Below, in pieces: positions 34,942-42,850 of a DNA stretch of 42,850 nucleotides. The position numbers and the translations under genes were made by a program. How positions within the stretch are numbered: position 1 is the stretch's first letter; each line of letters opens with the position of its first letter. The stretch is from Gemmatimonadaceae bacterium. Lineage in GTDB: Bacteria; Gemmatimonadota; Gemmatimonadetes; Gemmatimonadales; Gemmatimonadaceae. The notes under the pieces are model-generated. The model was not told the origin of the DNA. It ran no database searches and saw only the letters and a program-made list of their open reading frames with translations. The stretch covers positions 1 to 42,850 of the forward strand of contig JBPCJT010000243.1 of assembly GCA_051005015.1 (NCBI GenBank), written 5' to 3'.

Positions 34942-35346
34942 ATGTTGAAGACTGGCCAGACTAGACAACGCGTTCACCGAACAGCCCTTCCACGTGCGAT
35001 AATGCGTCGCGCGCGCCCGCACGTGCACGCCGCCCACAAGCGAGCGCTCAAGCGCGCCACCTTACGAGATTGCGCCAACCGCTGCGTTTATTGCGGTTTA
35101 TGTCTCGATTCGGAGATGGCGACGCTGGACCACGTTTTTCCAATCGCCAGAGGAGGCATGCACACACCCGGGAACGTGGTCACTGCATGTGGTCCATGCA
35201 ACCGGCGCAAGGGGGACATGCTCCCGCACGAGTTTTTTCACCGGTATCCAGGAGCGGGATTGAATTTTCTGGCTTATGCGCGCGTGGTGCACAGGGCCTT
35301 GAAGCGAGGGGCGCGCCGGGCGGTCAGTCTGGCCATGGCGGCCTAG
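34942..35346 (+). CDS. stand-alone HNH endonuclease
   Basis: CVYCG...LDHVFPIARGG.....NVVTACGPCNRRKG (CxxC...DH...N...CxxCN). Confidence 0.8.
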   Translation: MLKTGQTRQRVHRTALPRAIMRRARPHVHAAHKRALKRATLRDCANRCVYCGLCLDSEMATLDHVFPIARGGMHTPGNVVTACGPCNRRKGDMLPHEFFHRYPGAGLNFLAYARVVHRALKRGARRAVSLAMAA

Positions 35347-35404
35347 ACAGTGCTGCCGTAAACAATGGGGTCGTCCCGCAACGAGTGTGCGATGACGCCA
35401 AGCT

Positions 35405-35767
35405 CTAAAAAGGTAGAAGCGGCCCGAGAACATGCGCACCCAACAGCACCGCGGGTGTGATTGCGATCCAGCCAGCGGTTCCGCCAACGAGTATCTGCGC
35501 GAATGCCGACATCGATCGCAGAGCTGCCCAGCGAATCGCGTAAACCGCGGCAAGCGTTGGAAGCAAGCCGAGAGCGATGTAAACCATCAGTGGCATTGCA
35601 TGGGAATCAGGACGTCGCCAGGAGACGACACCAAGCGTGACGAGAACCGCCGTCGCAATCGCCCAAGCAACCCACAACCACTTCTTTCCCCCACGCCGGT
35701 TTGCGAGCACCGCGACGATAGCAAACAGGAACGGGGCAACCGCGAACACGACCGCGTATTCGTGCAC
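35405..35767 (-). CDS. hypothetical membrane protein (about 120 aa, 4 TM)
   Basis: The GTG at 35767 is preceded by AGGAGG 4 nt upstream. It has hydrophobic segments throughout and lies 85 nt downstream of nadE on the same strand. Confidence 0.5.
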   Translation of the reverse strand: MHEYAVVFAVAPFLFAIVAVLANRRGGKKWLWVAWAIATAVLVTLGVVSWRRPDSHAMPLMVYIALGLLPTLAAVYAIRWAALRSMSAFAQILVGGTAGWIAITPAVLLGAHVLGPLLPF

Positions 35768-35797
35768 GTATCCTCCTGAAATTGCGCGGTCCGAACC

Positions 35798-35818
35798 GGG
35801 CACCGAACACCAAGCACC
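35798..35818. repeat. heptamer array GGGCACC GAACACC AAGCACC between nadE and the membrane-protein gene
   Basis: Read directly from the sequence. It belongs to the same GCACC family as 5824..5886. Confidence 0.6.
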
Positions 35819-35852
35819 CCGAACGTTGCGCGATTTAGCTCGCCAAGTGTCC

Positions 35853-37697
35853 CTAGAAATCCACCGGCCGCAAATAGGATTCTCCGATCGCCGTTGGGCT
35901 CACCATGGCAACCGTCGGCAGCCGCCGTTTCCAATGCGTACTCTCGAGCCGCTTGCGCACCAGTTCCACCTCGTCCATCACGAAGCCGCGGGATACCAGA
36001 TCGGCTGGTGAGTAGCCCGTCAACAGCCAGTTCAGAATCGTGTCCGCCTTCTGGTAGCTGATTCCGAAGTCTCCTTCATCTGTCTGCCCCGCCACGAGGT
36101 CCGCGGAGGGCGGCTTGGTGACGATCACGTCCGGAATGCGCAGATGCCGTGCTAGTGCGACGACCTGGCTCTTGAAGAGATCGCCGAGCGGATTTACGGG
36201 TGGTGAGTCGTCCGCGTGCCACGTGAAGTAGCCGAACAGGCGTTCCGTCTTGTTGCCGGTTCCCAGCGGGATGGCGCGGTAGCGGGCCGAAAGTTCGAAG
36301 AGCGCAATCATTCGCATTCGCGCCATGACATTTCCGCGCCGCGCGCCGTCCGCGGCGGGCTCGTTTGCGAGGTAGGCATCGACAGGGGCGGTGATGTCAG
36401 TCGTCCTCGCCTCGATCCCTAACGCATCAATGACGAGCTGCGCGTGTGACAGACTTTCCGGACTCGACGCGTGATAGGGCAATCGAACGCCGATGACGTT
36501 TTCGGCGCCGAGCGCGCGCGTGGCGAGGTACGCCGTGACCGCGGAATCGACGCCACCCGAAATGGCGACAATGCCCTTCTGAAAGCCACGCTGACGTATC
36601 TCGTCCCGGATGAATTCGACCAGCCACTGCTCAGTAAGCGCCCCATCTATCTCGAGCGGCGGCGGTCCTTCGAAGTCGAATTTCGTCGGCACGACGAGCT
36701 CGAGGGGTCCAGATGACTCCTGTGACGGCGCTTCCGGATGGACGAGCGCATGTTCGGTTTCGCCCTCTATCACGGGATCGTACACCAGGGGCTCTCCAAT
36801 GCCTGAGCGCACGCGGCTCAGGTTGTCAATGAGATGCGGCAGGGCGGTTCGCATGTCGGCCAGGAGCGGCATGTCGGCGCGTGTGCGGGTGAGATCGCCA
36901 ATGTCGAGCGTGATTGCCACAAGCGCTTCGCGCCAGAGCGGGCCTCGAACACGGACATCGCCCTTTGGTCCGCTGACCATAGCGCCCCCTGGGAATCCCT
37001 TGCCGCCCTCGTTGCCGACCAGATTCGCGAATGGCACGAAGATGCCGTGCTCCTCGGCGATATCGCGGACCAGGCGCTCCCAACGGGCGCAGCTCGCGGG
37101 GCCCGGAACGTCATCGTCGCGCGGCCAGAGTCCGCGCGCGGGAGCGGCGGCCAGAATGAAAACCATCTGGGCGCCGTCGAGCGCCGCGAGGGATCCGGTG
37201 ATGCTGTGCCACGCGTCCTCGCAGACGAGCATCGCAGCGCGTCCCCACGACGTGTCGAAAGCGCGAACCCCGTGCGCGCGCTCCACGAAACGCTCTTCGT
37301 CAAAGAGCCCGTATGTTGGGAGGAAATTCTTGCGGTGTACGTGACGAATGATCGGCTCGCCTGGCCCGAGCGTCACATATATCGCGCTGTTGTACAGAAT
37401 GTTGTTCCAGACCTCGTAGAAGCCAACGGCAACGTCGAGGGCGCGTGCTCCACAACCAGCGCGCTGGTAAGCGCGGGCGAGGTCGCGCACGAGCGTACCC
37501 GCTGTGACGGCAAGGTCACGTACACCACCTTCGACGAAATAACCGGTGAGCGCAGTTTCCGGCAGCAGCAGGATGTGCGGTCTCGGCTCGAGAGCGTCGG
37601 ATTGCGCAAAGATCTTGCTTAGCCGATCGAGATTGGCGGCGTAGTCGCCCTTGCTTGTTTTGAACTGTGCGATGGCGAGGTGAACTAGAGGCGGCAT
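35853..37697 (-). CDS. nadE: glutamine-dependent NAD+ synthetase
   Basis: The N-terminal CN-hydrolase domain includes the catalytic-Cys context MLVCEDAW. The C-terminal NAD synthetase domain carries the PP-loop ISGGVDSAVTAYLA. Confidence 0.92.
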   Translation of the reverse strand: MPPLVHLAIAQFKTSKGDYAANLDRLSKIFAQSDALEPRPHILLLPETALTGYFVEGGVRDLAVTAGTLVRDLARAYQRAGCGARALDVAVGFYEVWNNILYNSAIYVTLGPGEPIIRHVHRKNFLPTYGLFDEERFVERAHGVRAFDTSWGRAAMLVCEDAWHSITGSLAALDGAQMVFILAAAPARGLWPRDDDVPGPASCARWERLVRDIAEEHGIFVPFANLVGNEGGKGFPGGAMVSGPKGDVRVRGPLWREALVAITLDIGDLTRTRADMPLLADMRTALPHLIDNLSRVRSGIGEPLVYDPVIEGETEHALVHPEAPSQESSGPLELVVPTKFDFEGPPPLEIDGALTEQWLVEFIRDEIRQRGFQKGIVAISGGVDSAVTAYLATRALGAENVIGVRLPYHASSPESLSHAQLVIDALGIEARTTDITAPVDAYLANEPAADGARRGNVMARMRMIALFELSARYRAIPLGTGNKTERLFGYFTWHADDSPPVNPLGDLFKSQVVALARHLRIPDVIVTKPPSADLVAGQTDEGDFGISYQKADTILNWLLTGYSPADLVSRGFVMDEVELVRKRLESTHWKRRLPTVAMVSPTAIGESYLRPVDF

Positions 37698-37741
37698 GCG
37701 GAGAAAATGGCGCGGGAGGAGGGGTGAGGCAACTGGGTAGG

Positions 37742-37881
37742 GATTGCGGACTGCGGATTGCGGATGACGCCTAACCGCTCATGGAGGCGGGATGGCAACC
37801 GACTAGATTGCGGCCAAGCTGGTGGTGGCCACAGGGACGCTCTAACGGACGGTTGGTCCGGCAATCCGCGATCTGCAATCA
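37742..37881. repeat. inverted heptamer arrays of the GATTGCG family flanking a ~90-nt spacer
   Basis: 37742..37769 reads gattgcg gactgcg gattgcg gatgacg. 37861..37881 reads gcaatcc gcgatct gcaatca. The 20-nt cores match 17/20 as inverted copies. An extra gattgcg lies at 37807..37813. Confidence 0.75.
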
Positions 37882-37887
37882 TTTTCA

Positions 37888-38613
37888 GTGCCTTTCGATC
37901 TTCGTAACGTTACTCTCGCCGACCGGCTGCGCTGTGCGGTAGACATTCAGCGTGCCGTTCGGCGGGCGCGCAACCTTGAAGACGCCGCGAACGTGGTTGT
38001 GCGGTACCTGTACGAGCAAAGTGCGCCCGCCCCTGACGGGAAGAATGGTTGTGCTCTTGTGCGCTGTTACGTCACGCATCCCTATGGCTCACTCGACGCA
38101 ACGTCCAAGGCATTCGCCGCCGCAATCCTGGGCGACATTGCGCCCTTTGAAAGCATGAACTGCCTCACACTTCTCGCAACGGCTGGAGACGAGCCCGCGT
38201 GGAACTCGCGACTCGAGTCCCAGCGTCACCGGACCATCCCACTTCCGAGCGCGCAGGCAGTGGAGCGGGCACCAATGATCGCGCAGCTCATCAAGCAGTT
38301 CGGGCTGCAGATCGCGGACGTAGTAGATCCTTCTCCTGATCTGCTCCATGAGTTGGCGGGCAAATCATACAACGTCTTTCACGTGGAGAAAGCGCTTGGC
38401 AGTCCCCACGTTCCGGCACAGGACGATTTCGTGATTCCATATGGGATCGAGTCGGTCCTGGGCTTCGGCGGTTCGCTCGCTACGGGGGACCTGTGCGCCG
38501 TAATTCTGTTCTCCCGGCTGCGGATTCCGGAGAAAAGCGCGAACCGGTTTCGCTCGTTGGCGCTGGATGTGAAGGCGGCGTTCTTTCCGTTCAAGGATGC
38601 TGTGTTCGCGTGA
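37888..38613 (+). CDS. conserved-looking hypothetical protein (241 aa)
   Basis: A GTG-start ORF with protein-like composition. The C-terminal segment VFHVEKALGSPHVPAQDDFVIPYGIESVLGFGGSLATGDLCAVILFS looks like the core of a small-molecule-binding (GAF-like) fold. I cannot name a family. Confidence 0.5.
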   Translation: MPFDLRNVTLADRLRCAVDIQRAVRRARNLEDAANVVVRYLYEQSAPAPDGKNGCALVRCYVTHPYGSLDATSKAFAAAILGDIAPFESMNCLTLLATAGDEPAWNSRLESQRHRTIPLPSAQAVERAPMIAQLIKQFGLQIADVVDPSPDLLHELAGKSYNVFHVEKALGSPHVPAQDDFVIPYGIESVLGFGGSLATGDLCAVILFSRLRIPEKSANRFRSLALDVKAAFFPFKDAVFA

Positions 38614-38737
38614 GTATTCGTCGATGCCGCTGAGAGGAGCGCGGCGGAGCGCGCGGGGTATGTCAAGCATGAAGTCGCCGTTGATTTGCAGCGGCCATCG
38701 CCGGGCGAGCTGGATCCGGAGGTCACCGCGCTCGATT

Positions 38738-40747
38738 ATGCCGATCCTCAAAGGTCGTTCAATTGTGGCTCTCTGCGCGTTCGCAGTGGCCAGTAATCAT
38801 GTGGTCGCGCAGCCGCCGGCCGAGCCGTGGCGAATAATCCAGCCAGCGCAGGTCTCGCTCGTCCTGGCCCGGGATGGCTCTCTTATCGGCGAAATCGGCA
38901 GGGAGAAGCGTTTCAGCATCTCGATTCGAACGCTTCCGAAGTATGTAGGGCAGGCATTTGTCGCCGTGGAGGATCAACGCTTTTACCAGCACGACGGAGT
39001 CGACGTCGTTGGAATCGCGGGCGCACTCAAGGATGCTGTCACGGGCGACCTGCGAGGAGCCAGCACGATAACACAACAGCTCGTCGGCAACATGCACCCC
39101 ACCATCATCGACCGCCGCGACCCTGGTCTGGGACGCAAGATTCGCGAGCAACAGGCGGCGCGCGAGATGGAAAAGCATTACTCCAAGGAGCAGATTCTCG
39201 AAGCATACATCAACCAGATTCCTTTCGGCCGGGGTTGGCTGGGAATCGAGATGGCATCCAGGCATTACCTCGGGAAGCCTGCCTCGGGATTGACGCTGGC
39301 TGAAGCGGCAATGCTCGCGGCGATGCCCAAGGGGCCCGCCATATACGATCCCATCAAGTATCCAGACCGCGTGCGTGCGCGGCGCGATCTCGTGCTTTCG
39401 GTAATGGCGCAGCAGCGCTACATCACGTCGGCGCAGGCTGCTGCAGCGAAGCGGGAGCCGATTGTTACCGTGCCCAATGCCGGATTCGTGGCGCGCGCGC
39501 GCTACTTTGTCGACGTCGTGAATGCGCGCGCGTCGCAGATGGGTGTCGAGGCCGGAAGCGGCGGCTTTCGTATTCATACAACCCTTGACCCGTCGCTGCA
39601 GCTCAGCGCATCGGAGGCGCTGCGGGATGGGGCAAAGCGAGTGGAGGAACGCGCGGGCTACCGCCACCCCACATTAGCCAGGCACCAGAAAGGCAATCCG
39701 AACTACCTGCAGGGAATGATCGTCGCACTGGACCCGAGAGTCGGTGATGTACTCGCGCTGATCGGCGGGCGCGACTACGGGGAATCGCAATACAATCGTG
39801 CAGTGAAAGCGACGCGGCAGCCCGGATCGACGTTCAAGCCGATAGTCTACGCGGCAGCGATACGTAGCTTCATTCCTCCAAACGAGATTATCCCCGACAC
39901 ACCACTTGCCATTCCTCTCAAAAACGGCACGATTTACCAGCCGCAGAATTCCGATGGCGAGTTCCTCGGTCCGGTCACGCTGCGCGAGGCCCTCGCCAGG
40001 TCGCGCAACACGGTGGCGGTTCAGCTCGGCCAGCGCATCGGGATGGATACGATCATCAACCTGGCCCGTCGAATGGGAATCGAGACGCCTATCGCGCCGT
40101 ATCCGGCGAGCGCAATCGGCGCGTCCGCTGTGCATCCGCTCGACTTTGTAACCGCCTTTGCACCATTCGCGAACCAGGGTATGGCTGTGGAGCCGCGCCT
40201 CATTACGAAGATCGAGGATCGCTCAGGAAAGACGGTTCGCGTCGCGCCGCGGGCAGCACCGAGTGCGGTGCTCGATCCGCAGGTGGCGTTCATAGTGCGG
40301 GACATGATGCGCGACGCAGTGGACCGCGGCACAGGGACCGCAGTGCGCCGCTTCGTCCCGGATCGCATCCCGGTGGCAGGCAAGACCGGAACTCCGAACG
40401 ACAACACCGATGTCTGGTTTGTCGGCATGACGCCCGACATCCTCGCGGGCGTCTGGCTCGGCTTCGACGCTCCCAGGACAATAACGCCGGGCGCAGCGGG
40501 TGGGTCGCTCGCGGCACCGATCTGGGGGGACATGATCAGCCGGTTCTATCGAGGCCGCGAGGTGGGGGAGTGGACTGTGCCGGAAGGCCTCGTTGTCGCG
40601 GAGCTGGACCGCGTAACGGGTGAGCTGGCGTCAGAGCTGACGCCCGTTCAGCAACGCTATACTGAGTACTTCATACCGGGCACTGAACCCACGGCTATGA
40701 GGCCGAATCCCTGGGGAATATTCTCAGCCGGCCCCATTCTCCCCTAG
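38738..40747 (+). CDS. mrcA: penicillin-binding protein 1A (bifunctional glycosyltransferase/transpeptidase)
   Basis: GT51 motifs VAVEDQRFYQHDGVD, GASTITQQL and RKIRE. Transpeptidase motifs STFKP (SxxK) and KTGT (AGKTGTPND). The ATG at 38738 gives MPILKGRSIVALCAFAVASNHVVA as a signal anchor. Upstream in-frame ATGs exist from 38597. Confidence 0.92.
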   Translation: MPILKGRSIVALCAFAVASNHVVAQPPAEPWRIIQPAQVSLVLARDGSLIGEIGREKRFSISIRTLPKYVGQAFVAVEDQRFYQHDGVDVVGIAGALKDAVTGDLRGASTITQQLVGNMHPTIIDRRDPGLGRKIREQQAAREMEKHYSKEQILEAYINQIPFGRGWLGIEMASRHYLGKPASGLTLAEAAMLAAMPKGPAIYDPIKYPDRVRARRDLVLSVMAQQRYITSAQAAAAKREPIVTVPNAGFVARARYFVDVVNARASQMGVEAGSGGFRIHTTLDPSLQLSASEALRDGAKRVEERAGYRHPTLARHQKGNPNYLQGMIVALDPRVGDVLALIGGRDYGESQYNRAVKATRQPGSTFKPIVYAAAIRSFIPPNEIIPDTPLAIPLKNGTIYQPQNSDGEFLGPVTLREALARSRNTVAVQLGQRIGMDTIINLARRMGIETPIAPYPASAIGASAVHPLDFVTAFAPFANQGMAVEPRLITKIEDRSGKTVRVAPRAAPSAVLDPQVAFIVRDMMRDAVDRGTGTAVRRFVPDRIPVAGKTGTPNDNTDVWFVGMTPDILAGVWLGFDAPRTITPGAAGGSLAAPIWGDMISRFYRGREVGEWTVPEGLVVAELDRVTGELASELTPVQQRYTEYFIPGTEPTAMRPNPWGIFSAGPILP

Positions 40748-40830
40748 TACCACGGTACTGTTTCAGGGAACAGGGAGCATGGCAAGGCAGGTATCTGCTC
40801 CGATGCAATCTTGCGCGGCCGTCCATTTGA

Positions 40831-42850
40831 GTGAATGATCGCTCGGTGCGTGAATTCCGATTCGATATCCCATCCATCGAGCTGCTGCGCCAGCTCCTCT
40901 CCGCTCCCCTCCCACTCGGGTTTCGCGGCTCCGATCCGGAACGTTCGCTCCACCGTGATATCTACCTGGACTCTCCCGACGAGACGCTGAAACGCCGGGG
41001 AGTCTCCTGCAGACTCCGATTCTGCGCGGACGACCGCCGCTTTCTCACCCTGGAGATCGGAAGCCCGGACAAAACGGGCGACCAGAATGTCGAGCGTTTC
41101 AGCGCCCACACCGAGGCATCCGATGCGCGGCTGGCCGTGACCGGAGAGTCCCCTCCGGCGCGCCGGTTGCGAGGAATAATGGACCCTGCATCCCTGGCGC
41201 CAGTGCTGCAGGTGGAGACGGAACGGTGGACGCGCCGAGCGGCAAGCGGTTGGTTCGGTCCCAAAGCCGCATTTCTGTATGACATCGTCACGGTTCGATC
41301 TGGCGCTACCTCAAAGTCTTTTCAACAGCTCACCGTCATTCCGCTTGGTGGTGGGATACTCTCAGCGGAAAAGCTCGAGAGCGAGCTACGGGAAGCGCAC
41401 GGGCTGCGAATCAGCCGCGCGTCCACGTACGAGCGCGCGCGGCTGCTGCTCAAGTGGATGCGCGGGGAGGATGGAACAGCGACCGAAAACCAGCAACCAG
41501 GAACCAGGGAAGCTGCGGATGAGTGGCCCCCGGTTTCCCAGACCGTGGTCCCCCACGCTACTCCTGCACGCACACGCGCAGTCGCTTCTCGCATGCGGGC
41601 GAGCGTACCCGTCACAACTTCCAGCGCCGGGGGCGGCGCCGCCTCCGAGTTCCTGAACAGCGAGCTCAGCCTCCTAGAATTCAACGCGCGCGTCCTAGCG
41701 CTGGCAGAGGACCCCGGAACACCGCTCCTCGAGCGTCTGCGCTTTCTGGCAATCGTGAGCGCAAACAACGACGAATTCTTCATGGTTCGCGTCGCGGGAC
41801 TCAAGGACGATGCAAGCGAGACATCGGAGGAGCGTAGTCAGGATGGAATGTCAGCCGATGAACAGCTCATTGCCATCGCGCTTCGGGTGCCGCCCTTCCT
41901 GGCGCGCCAGTACAACTGCTACAGGCAGTGCATGAACGAGCTCGCAAAGCATGGCGTTCGCACCGTTACCTGGAGTGAGCTCGATGACGCACAGCGCGAG
42001 TATCTCCGGGGCTATTTTCGGGACGAGCTCTACCCCGCGCTCACACCGTTCGCCATGACGCTCAGTCCCGGACACCCATTTCCCACGATCCCGCATCTCT
42101 CCTTGTCGCTCGCGGTACTCGTCCTCGATCCAGGGCGCCCACCGGCGCACTTCGCGGAGGTAGAGCTGCCTGAGAGAATTCCACGCTTTACGACGCTTCC
42201 TGGTTGCGCCCATGTGATCGCCATGGAAGAGATTGTGCGCGCTAATCTCGCCGCGCTGTATCCTGATGCCCACGTCGAGCAGGCATGGATGTTCCGAATT
42301 ACGCGGAGCGGTGACCTGGCGTTGGAGGAGGAAAGCGCCGACAACCTGCTGCAGGCAGTTCATGACGCCACTACGCGCCGGGCGCGCAACGCCGTGGTGC
42401 GCGTCGAGGTTGAGCGTGGGATGCCGGACATGTTGCGCGATCTGCTCCTGCGGCAGCTCAAGAGCGAGCGCGGATCCGATGCAAGCGACCTCTCGCTTGA
42501 CGACTTTTACGAAGTAGAGGGCCTGCTGGATCTTCGTTGCCTGGGCGAGCTCGCCTCGCTGGCAATTCCCGAGCTGCGGTATCCGCCCTTTGAGCCAGGC
42601 AATTCGCTCTCGGCGCGCAGCTCGATGTTCGATCAGATTACCAAGCGCGATTTGCTGGTGCATCACCCCTTTGACGACTTCGCGGCTACGGTGCAGCGGT
42701 TCATGATAGAAGCTGCTGACGATCCGGATGTGAGCGCGATCAAGCTGACTGTGTACCGCGCCGGGGAGCGCTCGCCACTGCTTGACGCCCTCATCAAGGC
42801 AGCGGCAGCTGGCAAGGAAGTCATCGTTTTTGTGGAGCTCAAGGCACGCT
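40831..42850 (+). CDS. ppk: CYTH domain fused in frame to polyphosphate kinase 1 (3' end beyond the window)
   Basis: In my translation from the GTG at 40831 (a TGA lies immediately upstream in frame) I found no stop codon up to 42850. Residues 1 to about 210 are CYTH-like (VREFRFDI...RDIYLDSPDETLKRRGVSCRLRF...LTLEI). From about residue 270 the PPK1 N-terminus begins: FLNSELSLLEFNARVLALAEDPGTPLLERLRFLAIVSANNDEFFMVRVAGLKD. The ORF is absent from the track only because it is open at the window edge. Confidence 0.85.
   Translation, partial: MNDRSVREFRFDIPSIELLRQLLSAPLPLGFRGSDPERSLHRDIYLDSPDETLKRRGVSCRLRFCADDRRFLTLEIGSPDKTGDQNVERFSAHTEASDARLAVTGESPPARRLRGIMDPASLAPVLQVETERWTRRAASGWFGPKAAFLYDIVTVRSGATSKSFQQLTVIPLGGGILSAEKLESELREAHGLRISRASTYERARLLLKWMRGEDGTATENQQPGTREAADEWPPVSQTVVPHATPARTRAVASRMRASVPVTTSSAGGGAASEFLNSELSLLEFNARVLALAEDPGTPLLERLRFLAIVSANNDEFFMVRVAGLKDDASETSEERSQDGMSADEQLIAIALRVPPFLARQYNCYRQCMNELAKHGVRTVTWSELDDAQREYLRGYFRDELYPALTPFAMTLSPGHPFPTIPHLSLSLAVLVLDPGRPPAHFAEVELPERIPRFTTLPGCAHVIAMEEIVRANLAALYPDAHVEQAWMFRITRSGDLALEEESADNLLQAVHDATTRRARNAVVRVEVERGMPDMLRDLLLRQLKSERGSDASDLSLDDFYEVEGLLDLRCLGELASLAIPELRYPPFEPGNSLSARSSMFDQITKRDLLVHHPFDDFAATVQRFMIEAADDPDVSAIKLTVYRAGERSPLLDALIKAAAAGKEVIVFVELKAR
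41486..41506. repeat. heptamer array AAACCAG CAACCAG GAACCAG inside the CYTH-PPK linker
   Basis: Read directly from the sequence. It is the reverse complement of the GTTCCTG family seen at 24187..24207. Confidence 0.6.

Noticed and set aside
40744-41109. Track ORF on the minus strand (121 aa) between PBP1A and ppk.
   Set aside because: It is fully overlapped by the plus-strand CYTH-like reading frame, which has recognisable CYTH motifs and continues into PPK1.

Overview
This is a GC-rich bacterial chromosomal segment. The gene content suggests a Gemmatimonadota- or Acidobacteriota-like organism: a CarboxypepD_reg-type TonB receptor, Ser/Thr kinases with an IAVLPF/TPR tail, and a fused E1 dehydrogenase. 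That taxonomic call is inference only. I support about 36 protein-coding genes, mostly housekeeping: aroB, a PduO-type adenosyltransferase, ferredoxin-NADP reductase, rsgA, a serB/serC-like/serA cluster, rhodanese, OsmC, CsaA, two thioredoxin-like [2Fe-2S] ferredoxins, a TonB-dependent receptor, htpX, TerC, an amidohydrolase, a fused 2-oxoacid dehydrogenase E1, an OmpA-family protein, a HIT protein, an MCP-like sensor, an HNH nuclease, nadE, PBP1A, and a polyphosphate kinase that runs off the 3' edge. I found no rRNA, tRNA, CRISPR array, transposase or prophage genes. Five observations stand out. (1) A KaiC-homologue cassette (136-aa unknown protein, double-domain KaiC, PAS-GAF histidine kinase) has no kaiA, kaiB or response regulator and is packed head-to-tail with the serine-biosynthesis genes. 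(2) Phase-coherent 7-nt tandem arrays fill most intergenic spacers. They often occur as inverted pairs, and the arms often contain the stop codons, and even the last codons, of flanking genes. (3) A CYTH domain is fused in frame to PPK1 through a linker that looks like a fossil intergenic array. (4) A yybP-ykoY (Mn2+) riboswitch with a terminator platform lies upstream of TerC. (5) A Ser/Thr kinase gene is broken by at least three frameshifts. I worked out all coordinates and motifs by hand from the sequence and ran no database search.
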